Assembly (NCBI GenBank): GCA_025594325.1
Contig: JANHCV010000002.1
Location: 744,001 to 808,000, forward strand
Reading direction: 5' to 3'
From: Blastocladiella emersonii ATCC 22665
Taxonomy: Eukaryota > Fungi > Blastocladiomycota
Length of the DNA: 64,000 nucleotides
In this document: positions 34,325-44,237 of the stretch, piece after piece
How the letters are laid out: each line of letters starts with the position of its first letter
How positions within the stretch are numbered: position 1 is the stretch's first letter
Notes under the pieces: model-generated
Told to the model about the DNA's origin: nothing
Seen by the model: only the letters and a program-made list of their open reading frames with translations
Databases searched by the model: none
Made by a program: the position numbers and the translations under genes

Positions 34325-35465
34325 ATGGCCGGCGGCTCCATCCCTGGCCTCACCTTCGAGTGGTCCGTCGTCGTGTCGGGCCTGATGGCCGGCGTCGTGT
34401 GCACGCTCGTGACGGTCGTCATCGAGAAGTTCGGCGGCGTCGTCGGCGGCATCCTCGGCAGCATGCCCACCACCATCATCCCGGCCGCGCTCGGCTTCTA
34501 CTACACGTTCATCGGGCTCGGGAGCGCCGACGGGACCACCCCGACGCAGGCCGGCGTGAGCGAGTTCCAGCGGTCCATGATCTCGTCGGTGCCCGGGATG
34601 CTGCTCAACGCACTGTACCTGCTCGCGTGGCGGGTTCGTAACCGTTGCATACTGCTGCCGTGTGTGAGTGTGAACTGACGACCCGAGTCTTTCGTAGTAC
34701 ATTCCGACCTACGTCCGCGCACGGTACCCGTCGCTCTCGCTGCTGCAGCTGCTCGCCGTCGTCTTCACCGCCGCCATCCTCATCTGGCTGGCCCTCGCCG
34801 TGGCCCTGGTCGTCGCGCTGCGCGAGCTCGCCGCCAACATCATCATCCCCGTCGACGGCGCGCCCGTGTCCTCGGCCATCAGTCCCGCCATGACCACGGC
34901 CTTCGCCATCGGGTTCGCGACTCTGGGGTTACAGATCGTCGCGGGCGTGGTGGCCGGGTGGACGCCGCCGCCCGCGCCCAAGAGCACCGCCAAGGTGCCT
35001 CCGGGCGTGCTGGTCCTGCGCGGCGTCGCGGCCGCGCTGGCAATTGGCGCCGCGATTGTGATCGGCAAGACGTCGTCGTGGGCGGGCGGGCTCGCGTCCG
35101 TGTTCCCCGTCATCTTCACGTCGAGCATCGTCGCCGTGTGGCTGTCGTCGGGCGAGGCCGTGTCGTCGGGCGCCATCGGCCCGCTCATGCTCGGGTCGGC
35201 CAGCGTGTCCGTGTTCTCGCTCGTGGCCGCGATCCTGGTCGGCGCCGATCTCGGGTTCGGCATCGTCATCGCCATCGCCTGGGTCGCGTCCGTCGTCGGG
35301 ATCACCGTCCCGAGCTTCCTCTACCTCCGGTGGCGGCGCGAGGTCACGGCATCGCATGCGCTGGTCGCGACCAAGGAAGAGGAAGCGTTCGCTGTTGAGG
35401 ATGAGGATGCGTTTGCGCTCAACCGCGCCGGCGAGTCGTCGTCGAGCACCATGGTGCGCGAATGA
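34325..35465 (+). CDS. Polytopic membrane protein of unknown function with two internally similar halves (DUF3147-like, tentative)
   Basis: About 9-10 TM segments; EKFGGVVGGILGSMP in the first half versus KTSSWAGGLASVFP in the second; intron 34634-34697 restores the frame. Confidence 0.7.
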
Positions 35466-35486
35466 CATGTAGAGTGAGCATACTAT

Positions 35487-36336
35487 TTATTTCTTGCGAA
35501 TCGGCCGGTTCCCGCCCTTGCGCTTCTTGAGCACCGGCGCCGACCCGTCGTCGGCTCGCGCCGCGCCGCCGAGCACCGTGTTCACGACGTTGATCGGGTC
35601 CGTGTCGAGCGTCGTGACGCGCTCCTCGACCACGAACCGCTTGCGCTTCAGCTCGCTCTCCTCCTGCTGCGCCGGCGGCGCCTGCTCGTCGGACGGTCGC
35701 GGCGGCTTCACGTCCTCGTCGACCTCGTCCTCGGCGTCATTCGCAGGCAGGATCACCTCCTCGACCACGGTCCACGCGCCGGGCTCGGCGGCCGGCGTCG
35801 TCTCGGGATCGGGGTCGAACTCGTCCGCGGCGGGTTCCGGTGCGGGCGCAGATGCCCGCGGCGCGGCCGTCGCCTTGGGAGGTTTCGCGGGTGCCGGTTT
35901 GCCCTTCTTGAGCTCGGCTGTCGCCTTGAGCTCGGCGGCCTCCGCGTCCATGCCCATCGCCATCAGATCCTTGACGTACGCGCGGTACGCCGACTACACA
36001 CGGGCATGCACGCGATGAGCCTCGCGGAGGAGCGCCGGCGGTGAGAGAAGAAACGCACCTCCTCGATCTGCGCGACCATGCGCTTGGTCTCCTCCTCTTC
36101 CTGCTTGCGCTTCGTCTCGGCCACGGCGATCTCGTTGATGAACCGCTCCATGTTGCGCTTGTGCGACGACTTGGTCTCATGGTGGTCGCGGCTCTAAGTC
36201 CCAAATACCGTCAACACGGTGCCCACGAGCGAACAATCGATGGCGCGCGTACGATCTTGTTGTCGGTGATGAACGTCTTGCAGTACTTGCACCAGTGCTT
36301 CGCGTTGCTCGCGCGGTACGGGTTATAGTCGGACAT
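35487..36336 (-). CDS. U1/matrin-type zinc-finger protein, WBP4/FBP21-like spliceosomal factor
   Basis: WCKYCKTFITDNKI|SRDHHETKSSHKRN (C2H2), followed by a coiled coil; two short introns near 36194-36252 and about 36.0 kb. Confidence 0.8.
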
Positions 36337-36515
36337 GGTTGGTACGTTGCAGGTAGTCGTGCTCCACGATGTGCGCTGGTTACATGAGGTGCTGCATGGA
36401 GACGTCGCAGAGAGTCGCACGTGTCGCGCCGACTTGGCGTGATACAGCGCGCGCCTCGCGTCGATCTTCGTTCTCTCTCCCCAACAACGTCTGACGAAGC
36501 CAACGTATCAACACC

Positions 36516-37289
36516 ATGCCTCTCGCGACGCCCGAGCTCTACGTCTACCCGACCTCGGCCGCCCTGAGCGCGGCGCTGGCCGACGCCGTGATCGCTTCGG
36601 CGCGCGCCTTCGTGCCCTCCGCCGCCGAGCCGCACTTTGTCGTTGCGCTGTCGGGCGGTTCTCTGCCGTCGATCCTGGGCGCTGGCCTGGCCGCGCGCAA
36701 GGGCGAGATCGACTGGTCGCGGTGGTGCGTGGTACTGGCCGACGAGCGGTGCGTTCCGGCGACGCACCCCGACAACAACCTGCGCGCGTGCCGCGAGGCG
36801 CTGCTGGACGCGGTCCCGATTCCGGCGTCGCAGCTGGTCGCCATCGACGACGCGCTGGTCGACGACGCCGAGGCCGCGGCCAAGGACTACGCGGCGCGGC
36901 TCCCGCGCACCATCCACCTCGCGCTGCTCGGCATGGGGCCCGACGGCCACACGTGCAGCCTTTTCCCCGGCCACGCGCTGGTCCAGCGCGACGACCCGGA
37001 GTCGACGCCGCGCGTCCTCGCGATCCACGACTCGCCCAAGCCGCCCGCCGCACGCATCACGCTGTCGCTGCCCGAGGTCCGCCGCGTCGCGGACGTCGTG
37101 TACGTGACGACGGGCGCCGCGAAGCAGCCCGTGCTCCGCGCCGTCATTGAGGACGGGCCCAAGTCCGGGTTCCCCGCCGCGCTCGCCGTGCCCGATGTCG
37201 CGGGTGGGCGGCTGCGCTGGTTCGTCGACGAGGCGGCTGCCGGCGAGATTGGCGAGGCGACGCGCGCTAAGCTTGCGGGCAAGCTGTAA
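36516..37289 (+). CDS. SOL3: 6-phosphogluconolactonase
   Basis: VALSGGS, ADERCVP..HPDNN, LGMGPDGHTCSLFP and SPKPPAARITLSLP motifs. Confidence 0.95.
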   Translation: MPLATPELYVYPTSAALSAALADAVIASARAFVPSAAEPHFVVALSGGSLPSILGAGLAARKGEIDWSRWCVVLADERCVPATHPDNNLRACREALLDAVPIPASQLVAIDDALVDDAEAAAKDYAARLPRTIHLALLGMGPDGHTCSLFPGHALVQRDDPESTPRVLAIHDSPKPPAARITLSLPEVRRVADVVYVTTGAAKQPVLRAVIEDGPKSGFPAALAVPDVAGGRLRWFVDEAAAGEIGEATRAKLAGKL

Positions 37290-37838
37290 GATACTGCACC
37301 GAATGCATTTTTTGATCCACGGCTGCCGAATCGCGTGTGTGTTCGTTCGCCGAGGAGGCCGACTGGGCCGTGGAGCAGGCCCTGGAGATGTTGACGGCGT
37401 TTTTCGGCGTGAGTGAGCACGGCGAGGTCATTGCGGCGGGCCATGTGGACGTGTTGTAATAAACCGGTTGCTACTACATGTTCAGCAAAGCGGCGACCAT
37501 GGTCGCGTCGCGCCTGACGACGGCCATGGTCGAGCGTCGACGCTCGATGGACGTCCACCGCGAGGAACCCGTCCATTCTCGTGACCAGCCGCGTTACGCG
37601 CAGCACTGCATGCAAATCGGGCGAGAGCAGCTGCGCTTATCAGCGCGAAATTGCGGGAGACGCGCGGCGGGAGACGCGGGGGTTGTTGTTTCCGATCGAG
37701 AGTGTGGTGTGGGTTCCGTCGGGCCGGGATTCTGCGTCTGCCAAGCTGCGGGTTCCGCGATTCCCGTCGGTCGCTCTCGCTCTCCTCAAGAACAGGGCTC
37801 TCCTCTCTCCATCGCTCAGCTCAACAACCTTGCACACC

Positions 37839-38774
37839 ATGCCATCAACAACACCACCCGCTGCACCGGCCAGCAGCATGTCGCTCGGGTCGCTGCCGAC
37901 CATCGACGAGGAGGGCGGCCCGCTCCCCGCACCCGCGCCAACCCCCGCCCCCGCCTCCATCGCTGCAACAGCAGCAGCCGCCGCCTCGATCCCGGCGCCG
38001 CCACACGCACCATCGCCGACGCCGACGCCACCCGCGTTTCCCACGCTGGCTGCGAGTCCGCTGCCGCCGCCGCCCAACACGCTGCGTCTGCTGCGCAAGC
38101 TGACGGGCCCAAAACCGCCGCACGTGTGCTTTGGACGTCTGGACCTGCGGCGGACGGTCCAATTCAGCACCTTCGTGTGCCTGTTCCTGTCGCTCGTCGG
38201 CGCAGTCGACGCGGCGCGGGTACTGCTGTACGTGCGGCGTTCCGCGGACGGGACGGTCGCGTCCTCGTCGCGCGGCGCCGTGGTCGCCGCGAGCGTTGCG
38301 GCGTGCACGCTCGCCGCGCACGTTGTGGGGACGCTGGTCGCGGCGGTCGGGTTCACGTGCGCGATCCTGCCGAGCACGCCGCCGCGCGCGGTGGTCCGCG
38401 GGTACCTCGCGACGGCGGGCGCGCACGCGGGCGCGCTGCTGGTGCTCGCCGTCGGGTGGCCGTGGTGGGTCGCGGCCATTGCGAACGATTCCGCCGACAT
38501 GCCGGTGCCGGTGCGCGCAGTGCTGCGGAACCCGCTGGCGCGGACCGCGCGGTGGATCGGGCTCGCCATGGTCGTCCTGGCTGCGGGGAGCTGGGCGCTA
38601 TACCTCAAGTACTACCGCGAGGTGGTCGCGGTCGCGCACCGCGTTGAGGACGACTCCGAGCTCGGCGGGAATGCGGCTGCGCGGCGTGTGGTGACGAGCA
38701 CAGCCGGGTCCGAGTGGACGCTGCTGAGCGACGCGCCCGCGACAAAGTCGGTGACGCCGCCCGTGGGAAAGTGA
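37839..38774 (+). CDS. Four-TM membrane protein of unknown function with a Pro/Ala-rich N-terminus
   Basis: ORF with four hydrophobic segments following CFGRLDLRRTV; host-like codon bias. Confidence 0.65.
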   Translation: MPSTTPPAAPASSMSLGSLPTIDEEGGPLPAPAPTPAPASIAATAAAAASIPAPPHAPSPTPTPPAFPTLAASPLPPPPNTLRLLRKLTGPKPPHVCFGRLDLRRTVQFSTFVCLFLSLVGAVDAARVLLYVRRSADGTVASSSRGAVVAASVAACTLAAHVVGTLVAAVGFTCAILPSTPPRAVVRGYLATAGAHAGALLVLAVGWPWWVAAIANDSADMPVPVRAVLRNPLARTARWIGLAMVVLAAGSWALYLKYYREVVAVAHRVEDDSELGGNAAARRVVTSTAGSEWTLLSDAPATKSVTPPVGK

Positions 38775-38814
38775 GCTACGCGACGATGATGATTGATGAC
38801 CAAAATATACTAGA

Positions 38815-40194
38815 CTACGCCGACGGCGACGCCGGACTCGCGCTCGCCGCGCCCGCGACCGTGACGGGCACCTCGACGCCGCACCGGCGCAGGGGCTTGA
38901 CATTCATCTCGTACTTGCGGAACCACTTGTTCCAGATATCCTTGGAGTACTGGAACAGCTTGGCGTGCGCGATGACGAGCCCGCGGAGCTTGTCGGCGGG
39001 GAAGTCGGCCGACAGGATCGAGTGGATCGTGGCGAACAGGAGCGCGTCGATGAACGACGGCGAGTCCCCGAAAAAGTACGCCGAGTCGCCGAGCCGGACC
39101 GCGATCGCCTCGAGCGCGTCGGCCGCCGCCGCATACACGTCCTCAGAGGACCGCGCCGCCGCGTCCTCGCCGTACCGCGTCGCGAGGTGCTTGGCGACGT
39201 CGGCCGCGCGCGACTCGAGGATCAGGGCGTCGACCGGGCGCGGGTACACGCCGCGCGTATACAGCGCCGCCATGGCGGGCCGGTTGCGCGGCTCGCGCCA
39301 CCAGTTGTGCATGAGCGCGGGCCACAGCGCCGTGTCGATGAGCGCGAGGTACATGTGCGCGAGGGCGCGCGCGTCGCCGGCCGCGGGGAGGTCTTCCGGT
39401 GTCAGGAGCCGCGCCGCGTCCGCTGGGCGGGCACCGCGCGCCACGTCCGCGACAACCGCCGCGACCGTCGCGGGGGCGTGCGCGCGCGTGCCAATGTACC
39501 GGAGCAGGCGGTCGCGGGACGCGAACACGCGGCCCTTTTCGGTGACGAGGAACGGGAGCGCGCCCGTGGGCGACATGAGCGGCTCGTCGCACAGGACCAG
39601 GTCGTACTTGATGCCCGAGAACTGCAGGTACGTCTGCCACACGAGGCACTCCGGGTCCGAGCTCGCCCACGAGTTCTTCTGGCGCGGCCACCGCGGACGG
39701 TGCACGTACAGCGTCGGCGCGTTGCTGATGGGCGCGGGCGCCGGCTGGATCGGCGGCAGGATCGCGAGCGGGAACGTGATGCGCGACGCGCGGTGCACGG
39801 CGGAGCGGACCCGGGACGCGACGGAGCGTAGCGTGCGTGAGATGGGGGACTCGTTCGGGTCGCCGAGGTCGCGCTCGGACACGTCCTCGTCGTCATCGTC
39901 GGTGGCGTCGGCGTCGTCGCTGAGGACGGCCGACGACTCGAGGAACGTCTCGGTGAGCCCGGCGGCCGTCGCCGATCCCGCCTCCTCGTCGTCGTCCTCG
40001 TCCTCGTAGGTGACCTGGGTCGAGGTTGCCGCCTCACTAGCATCCTCCTCGCTGTGGGCCGCCACAACGGGCGACGCGGGAGCAGCCGGTGCCGGCGACG
40101 GAGAGCGAGACCGGGTGACGGCGGTGCCGGTGCTACCCGCGCGCTCGGGCGACTGCGGCAGCCGGATCTGGGTCGGGTCCGGAGAGTCGGCCAT
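38815..40194 (-). CDS. Metaxin/Sam35-like GST-fold mitochondrial outer-membrane SAM component
   Basis: DPECLVWQTYLQF, SPTGALPFL and LGDSAYFFGDSPSFIDALLFA motifs; no C-terminal TM segment. Confidence 0.75.
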   Translation of the reverse strand: MADSPDPTQIRLPQSPERAGSTGTAVTRSRSPSPAPAAPASPVVAAHSEEDASEAATSTQVTYEDEDDDEEAGSATAAGLTETFLESSAVLSDDADATDDDDEDVSERDLGDPNESPISRTLRSVASRVRSAVHRASRITFPLAILPPIQPAPAPISNAPTLYVHRPRWPRQKNSWASSDPECLVWQTYLQFSGIKYDLVLCDEPLMSPTGALPFLVTEKGRVFASRDRLLRYIGTRAHAPATVAAVVADVARGARPADAARLLTPEDLPAAGDARALAHMYLALIDTALWPALMHNWWREPRNRPAMAALYTRGVYPRPVDALILESRAADVAKHLATRYGEDAAARSSEDVYAAAADALEAIAVRLGDSAYFFGDSPSFIDALLFATIHSILSADFPADKLRGLVIAHAKLFQYSKDIWNKWFRKYEMNVKPLRRCGVEVPVTVAGAASASPASPSA

Positions 40195-40509
40195 GGTCGC
40201 GGTCGGTTCGTTGCGTTGCATGAGCGTCAAGGGGAGCGGCGATCGGCCACGGCGAGCGGGCGAGAAGACTAGCGGAAGCGCGTCGGTTTCGCATCAGCTG
40301 ACGAGCCGGTGTTGCGGGTGCCACGCGCGTCAACTTGTCTCTCACTTCCTCTCCTCGGTTGCTTCGCGGTGCGATGTGGAGGTACTCACTAGATCTATAT
40401 CGTCGTCACAATAAATACGCCCCTCGGTCCGGGGCCTCAACAAAAAAAAAAGCTACTACTACTACTGCATGCACGCACGCGCGCGCGCGCTTGCTCGCTT
40501 GCGTGGCCC

Positions 40510-43149
40510 TCAGTCCAGCTGGCGCGGGGCCATCGCCTGCTGCTGTTGCGCTACTGGTGCTGCGGGCCATGGCGGCCGCCGCGGCGCGCGGCCCTGGTCG
40601 CTGCCGTGGTACGGGTGGTACTGCGGCGGCGGGGGCGGGGGCGGGCCGTAGTGGTGGTGCGGCGCGCGGTGCGGGTGGTACTCGTACGAGTGGCGGTGCG
40701 GGTTGGGCGGCGGCGGCGGGGGCGGGTAGTGCTGGCGCTGCTGCTGCTGCTGGTAGTAGTGCTCGCCCCCGAGCTCGTCCATCTCGTCGTCGTCGGCGTA
40801 CGGGTCCGACCGCAGCAGCGGCACGGCAGCGGCGAGGTCGGGCTTGGCGGCCACGCTCGCCGACGATGGCGAGGGGAGCGGCGGGAGCGCGGGCGGCACG
40901 CCGCCACCGAGGTTCACGACGGTCACGGACGCGGGGGCGGCGGAGCCCGTCGCGGTGGCCGGCTTGGCGGTCGCCGACGGCGACACCGAGACGCGGAGGC
41001 ACGTCGGGCACTGCTTGCAGTAACTGGCAACAAACTCGGGCGGGATCCCGCAGCGGGACCGGCGCATCTGGTACTTCATGCCCATGGTCTTGCACGTCTG
41101 CGTAAACGTACGATGGACGGACCCCGTCTCGCCAGCGAGCGTGATGTGAAGCGGGCCGCGGTGGCACTCGGCGACGACCGCGTCCCAGTCCTCGGCGGGG
41201 ATCACCCACCGCGTGCAGTTGCGCCACGTCAGGCACCGGTACGGGTGGGTCGCGGCCACGTCCGGGTGGTACACGAGGTACCCCATGAGCCGCTTCCACC
41301 GCCGCCGGTCGACGCCCGCGGGAATCGGCGCGCGGTTCTGCAGGCACTCGATCATGGTCAGGTACGCGGCTCGGTCGAACACAAAGAACTCGCGCCGCTT
41401 GCCGACCTCGGCACCGAGCCCGTCCGACGAGTCGCCGATCGCGCCCTCGCCGTCGCCGTCCTCGTTGCCCGCATCGTCACCTTCACTACCCGTGGCGACA
41501 GCGGTGGCAGGACCAGTGACCGCGACGCCGGCGGGACTCGCGCTCGCGGCCGTCGACGCGACAAGCGAGCGGTCCGGGTCCGCGGGCGGCGGGATCGCCA
41601 ACGCCGTGACCGTGGCGCGCGGGTCGAACACGTCGATGGCAGCGTCCGACTTGGTCGTCCGGCCCGCGGTCGCGAGCGGTGACGGGTAGGTTGCCGAAAC
41701 GGACGACAACGACAGCGGCGCGGCCGGCGGCTGCTGGTGCACGGCGAACGGCTGAGCCGGGAGCGGCGGTACCGGAGCAGCTGACGTGGACGACTCGATG
41801 GTCGGCGCCTGCGGGAGCTGGGCGCGCGGGGGCGGGAGCTCGACGATCGCGGGTGCTGCGGGCTGCTGCTGGCGCGGCGCGCGCGAGGGCGGGAGCGGCG
41901 TAGACGGCCACGGGCCGAGCGTCACGTCGTCCTCGTCGTCGGCCTGCTGCTGCGCGGGCTTGACGTCGATCACCGGACCCGTGACGGCGCGGAGCGGCGC
42001 GGGCGGACGGTCGAACCCGAGCGCCGAGCCGCGCTGGCCAGGCGGCGGCAGCACACGGCGCGGGCGGCGCGCGTCCTCGTCATCGGCCGGGTACGCCGCG
42101 GCGGGCGGAGGAGGAGCGGGCCGATCGCGGTCGCGCGGCGGCCACGCGCCGGGAGCGCCGCCGGGCGCGCGGTGGTGGGGGTGGGGCGGGTAGTGCGGCG
42201 CGTCGTAGGCGTAGTAGTCGTCGTGCGGGCGTCCGCCGTAGTAGCGGTCGGGATCGGCCGGGTACCGCGCGTGGTGGTGGTGGTGCGAGTGGGGGTGCGG
42301 GTGCGGGTGCGAGTATGAAGAGGGCGGAGGATACCGCGCGTGATGAGGAGGAGGGTAGCGCGCGGTCGACGCGTCGGCGTGGTCGGCGTTGGGCGGCGAC
42401 GCGGTCGGGTGCGGGGCGTGCGGCGGCGAGCTGGCACGGGGCTGGCGCGACGCCGGGTCGGGGTAGCCGGGCGGCGAGTAGTAGGACGCGTGCGGAGCGT
42501 GGTCGTAGTAGGCGGGTTGGCGCGCGTAGTGCGAAGGGGGAGGCGGCGGCGGCGGCTGGCGGTGGCGGTGGTAGGCGGCGGGGTCCGAGGTCGGATACGC
42601 GCCGGCGCGCGGATCGTAGTAGTGGCGGGCGGGAGGGCGCTGCTGGTGCTCGTGCGCGTGGTACGGGTCGTCGTGCGGCGGGTAGTGCGCCGGCGGCAGG
42701 GGAGGCAGCACGGCGTCGGGCTTGCGCGCGTCGGCGGCCGTGGGAGGAGCACCGGTCGCCGCAGAGGCCGATCCAGCGGCCGATCCGTGGGCGACCGGTG
42801 GGAGCGCGCGCGAGACGGGTCCAGCTGGCTCGGACGGCGACGTGGTCGGGTTGACGCCACTGCCGTGCTCAGCGCCGGCGCCCGGGTAGTGGTACCCGTC
42901 GCGGTCATATACGGGGTGGTACGCGTGCTGGTGGTGCTGCGGGTACTGGCGGTGATTGGGCGCCGTGGTCGGGGGTGTCGACGACGAGGACGCGCTGCCG
43001 CCGCCGCCGTGGTGGTACTGCTGCTGCTGAGGCGCGTGGTGCGGGTGCTGCGGGTGCTGTGGGTGCTGCGGGTGGTGGTAGCCGGCGTGCGCGGGCGGCG
43101 GCGGCGGCGGCGGTGGCGCGTGGGCGCCAGCGTGCGGGTGTCCGGACAT
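40510..43149 (-). CDS. Pro/His/Tyr-rich low-complexity protein with an integrase-type H2C2 zinc-binding domain
   Basis: An ~880-aa ORF whose only globular part (about 41000-41400) reads VIPAEDWDAVVAECHRGPLH...T..MGMKY...GIPPEFVASYCKQCPTC. Confidence 0.75.
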   Translation of the reverse strand: MSGHPHAGAHAPPPPPPPPAHAGYHHPQHPQHPQHPHHAPQQQQYHHGGGGSASSSSTPPTTAPNHRQYPQHHQHAYHPVYDRDGYHYPGAGAEHGSGVNPTTSPSEPAGPVSRALPPVAHGSAAGSASAATGAPPTAADARKPDAVLPPLPPAHYPPHDDPYHAHEHQQRPPARHYYDPRAGAYPTSDPAAYHRHRQPPPPPPPSHYARQPAYYDHAPHASYYSPPGYPDPASRQPRASSPPHAPHPTASPPNADHADASTARYPPPHHARYPPPSSYSHPHPHPHSHHHHHARYPADPDRYYGGRPHDDYYAYDAPHYPPHPHHRAPGGAPGAWPPRDRDRPAPPPPAAAYPADDEDARRPRRVLPPPGQRGSALGFDRPPAPLRAVTGPVIDVKPAQQQADDEDDVTLGPWPSTPLPPSRAPRQQQPAAPAIVELPPPRAQLPQAPTIESSTSAAPVPPLPAQPFAVHQQPPAAPLSLSSVSATYPSPLATAGRTTKSDAAIDVFDPRATVTALAIPPPADPDRSLVASTAASASPAGVAVTGPATAVATGSEGDDAGNEDGDGEGAIGDSSDGLGAEVGKRREFFVFDRAAYLTMIECLQNRAPIPAGVDRRRWKRLMGYLVYHPDVAATHPYRCLTWRNCTRWVIPAEDWDAVVAECHRGPLHITLAGETGSVHRTFTQTCKTMGMKYQMRRSRCGIPPEFVASYCKQCPTCLRVSVSPSATAKPATATGSAAPASVTVVNLGGGVPPALPPLPSPSSASVAAKPDLAAAVPLLRSDPYADDDEMDELGGEHYYQQQQQRQHYPPPPPPPNPHRHSYEYHPHRAPHHHYGPPPPPPPQYHPYHGSDQGRAPRRPPWPAAPVAQQQQAMAPRQLD

Positions 43150-43187
43150 GGCGGTGGTGCTGCAGTGCAGGAGATCGAGATGGAGGC

Positions 43188-44237
43188 CTGCAGGACCAAG
43201 CAAAAGAGTTAGAGTTTGCCATCGGAGGGTCGGCGCGGGGATGGCCGGCCGATTGCACTCGGCACTACGCATGGCGAGTCGGCGCGGGGCGGCGCGGGGC
43301 GGCGCGGGGCGGCGCGGGCCAGAGGTGGGAGGCTGTGGAGGACGAGGGGCGCAATCGCGATGGCCCGCACACCGCGACCGTGGCTCCCGGCCCCCGCCCC
43401 CGTGGGCACCGGGCCTCGGGCAGCGGGCAACGGGCGCTGGCGCAGGCGGGGCACATCGGATCAGCTGGTCCAGGAACGAGGGCAGGGCGAGGGGCGGGAC
43501 AAGGGCAGCGAGGGCGGGCGTGGCGGTGGCGGTCCAGGGCGCTGGGGCAGGCAGAGTGGGCGAAGATCGGACGGCGAAGCCAGGGCACGGACGTCAGCAC
43601 CCGGCCGCTTCCCCGGCGCCAGCCAAAAGGATGTCGGCGGGTGCGCATCGGCGTGCCCAAGTGTGGCGGGGGAGAGCGAGTCCAAACACGAGGCGTACGA
43701 GGTTGTTCGATGGGCAGGCGGGCGAGGCGGGCGCCGATGGCGACGGTGGGCGGGAGAGAGAGAGAGAGCGCGCGGCGAGCGAAACGCGGGCGAGGGGGAG
43801 GGGAGGGCAGCACGCCCACGCTACGCGCCGTGCGTGCTAGAGCAACGGGTGGCGGGGAATGGCAGGGGCGAGGCGGCAACGGCGAGCGGTGGGGCGAGCA
43901 GAGGCGAGCGCGATGGCCATCGACGCAAACGCGACGCGAGGGCGACGGCCATCGGGGATTTGGCAGGGACGGCGGGCGCCTGATGGCCGTGGCACGTGCG
44001 GCAGGGTCCCCAGGGCGGTCGCAATCGGCCCGCGCTGTGCTGCCGCCCGATGCCGGCGCCCGCGGCTTGCATGAGAATCGAGGACGCGCGCCGAACGCGC
44101 GACCGGCGCCGCCGCCCGCCCGCCCGCCTGCTCACCCCAACCCACCGCGTCGCGACGCACAAATAGTGGCAGGGCAGGGATAGAGGATTGCGGATATGCG
44201 CGTCGATAGGGAGTGCGAGTGTGCGTGGAGAGCGTAC
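43188..44237 (-). other. Predicted ~1050-nt intron upstream of the ATG at 43149 (likely in the 5' UTR)
   Basis: Minus-strand donor CAG|GTACGC at 44237; CTAAC branch point, pyrimidine tract and CCTGCAG acceptor at 43188, 38 nt upstream of the ATG. Confidence 0.5.
43281..43318 (+). repeat. (GGCGCGGGGC)x3.8 tandem repeat
   Basis: Seen directly; contains four G-tracts. Confidence 0.9.
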
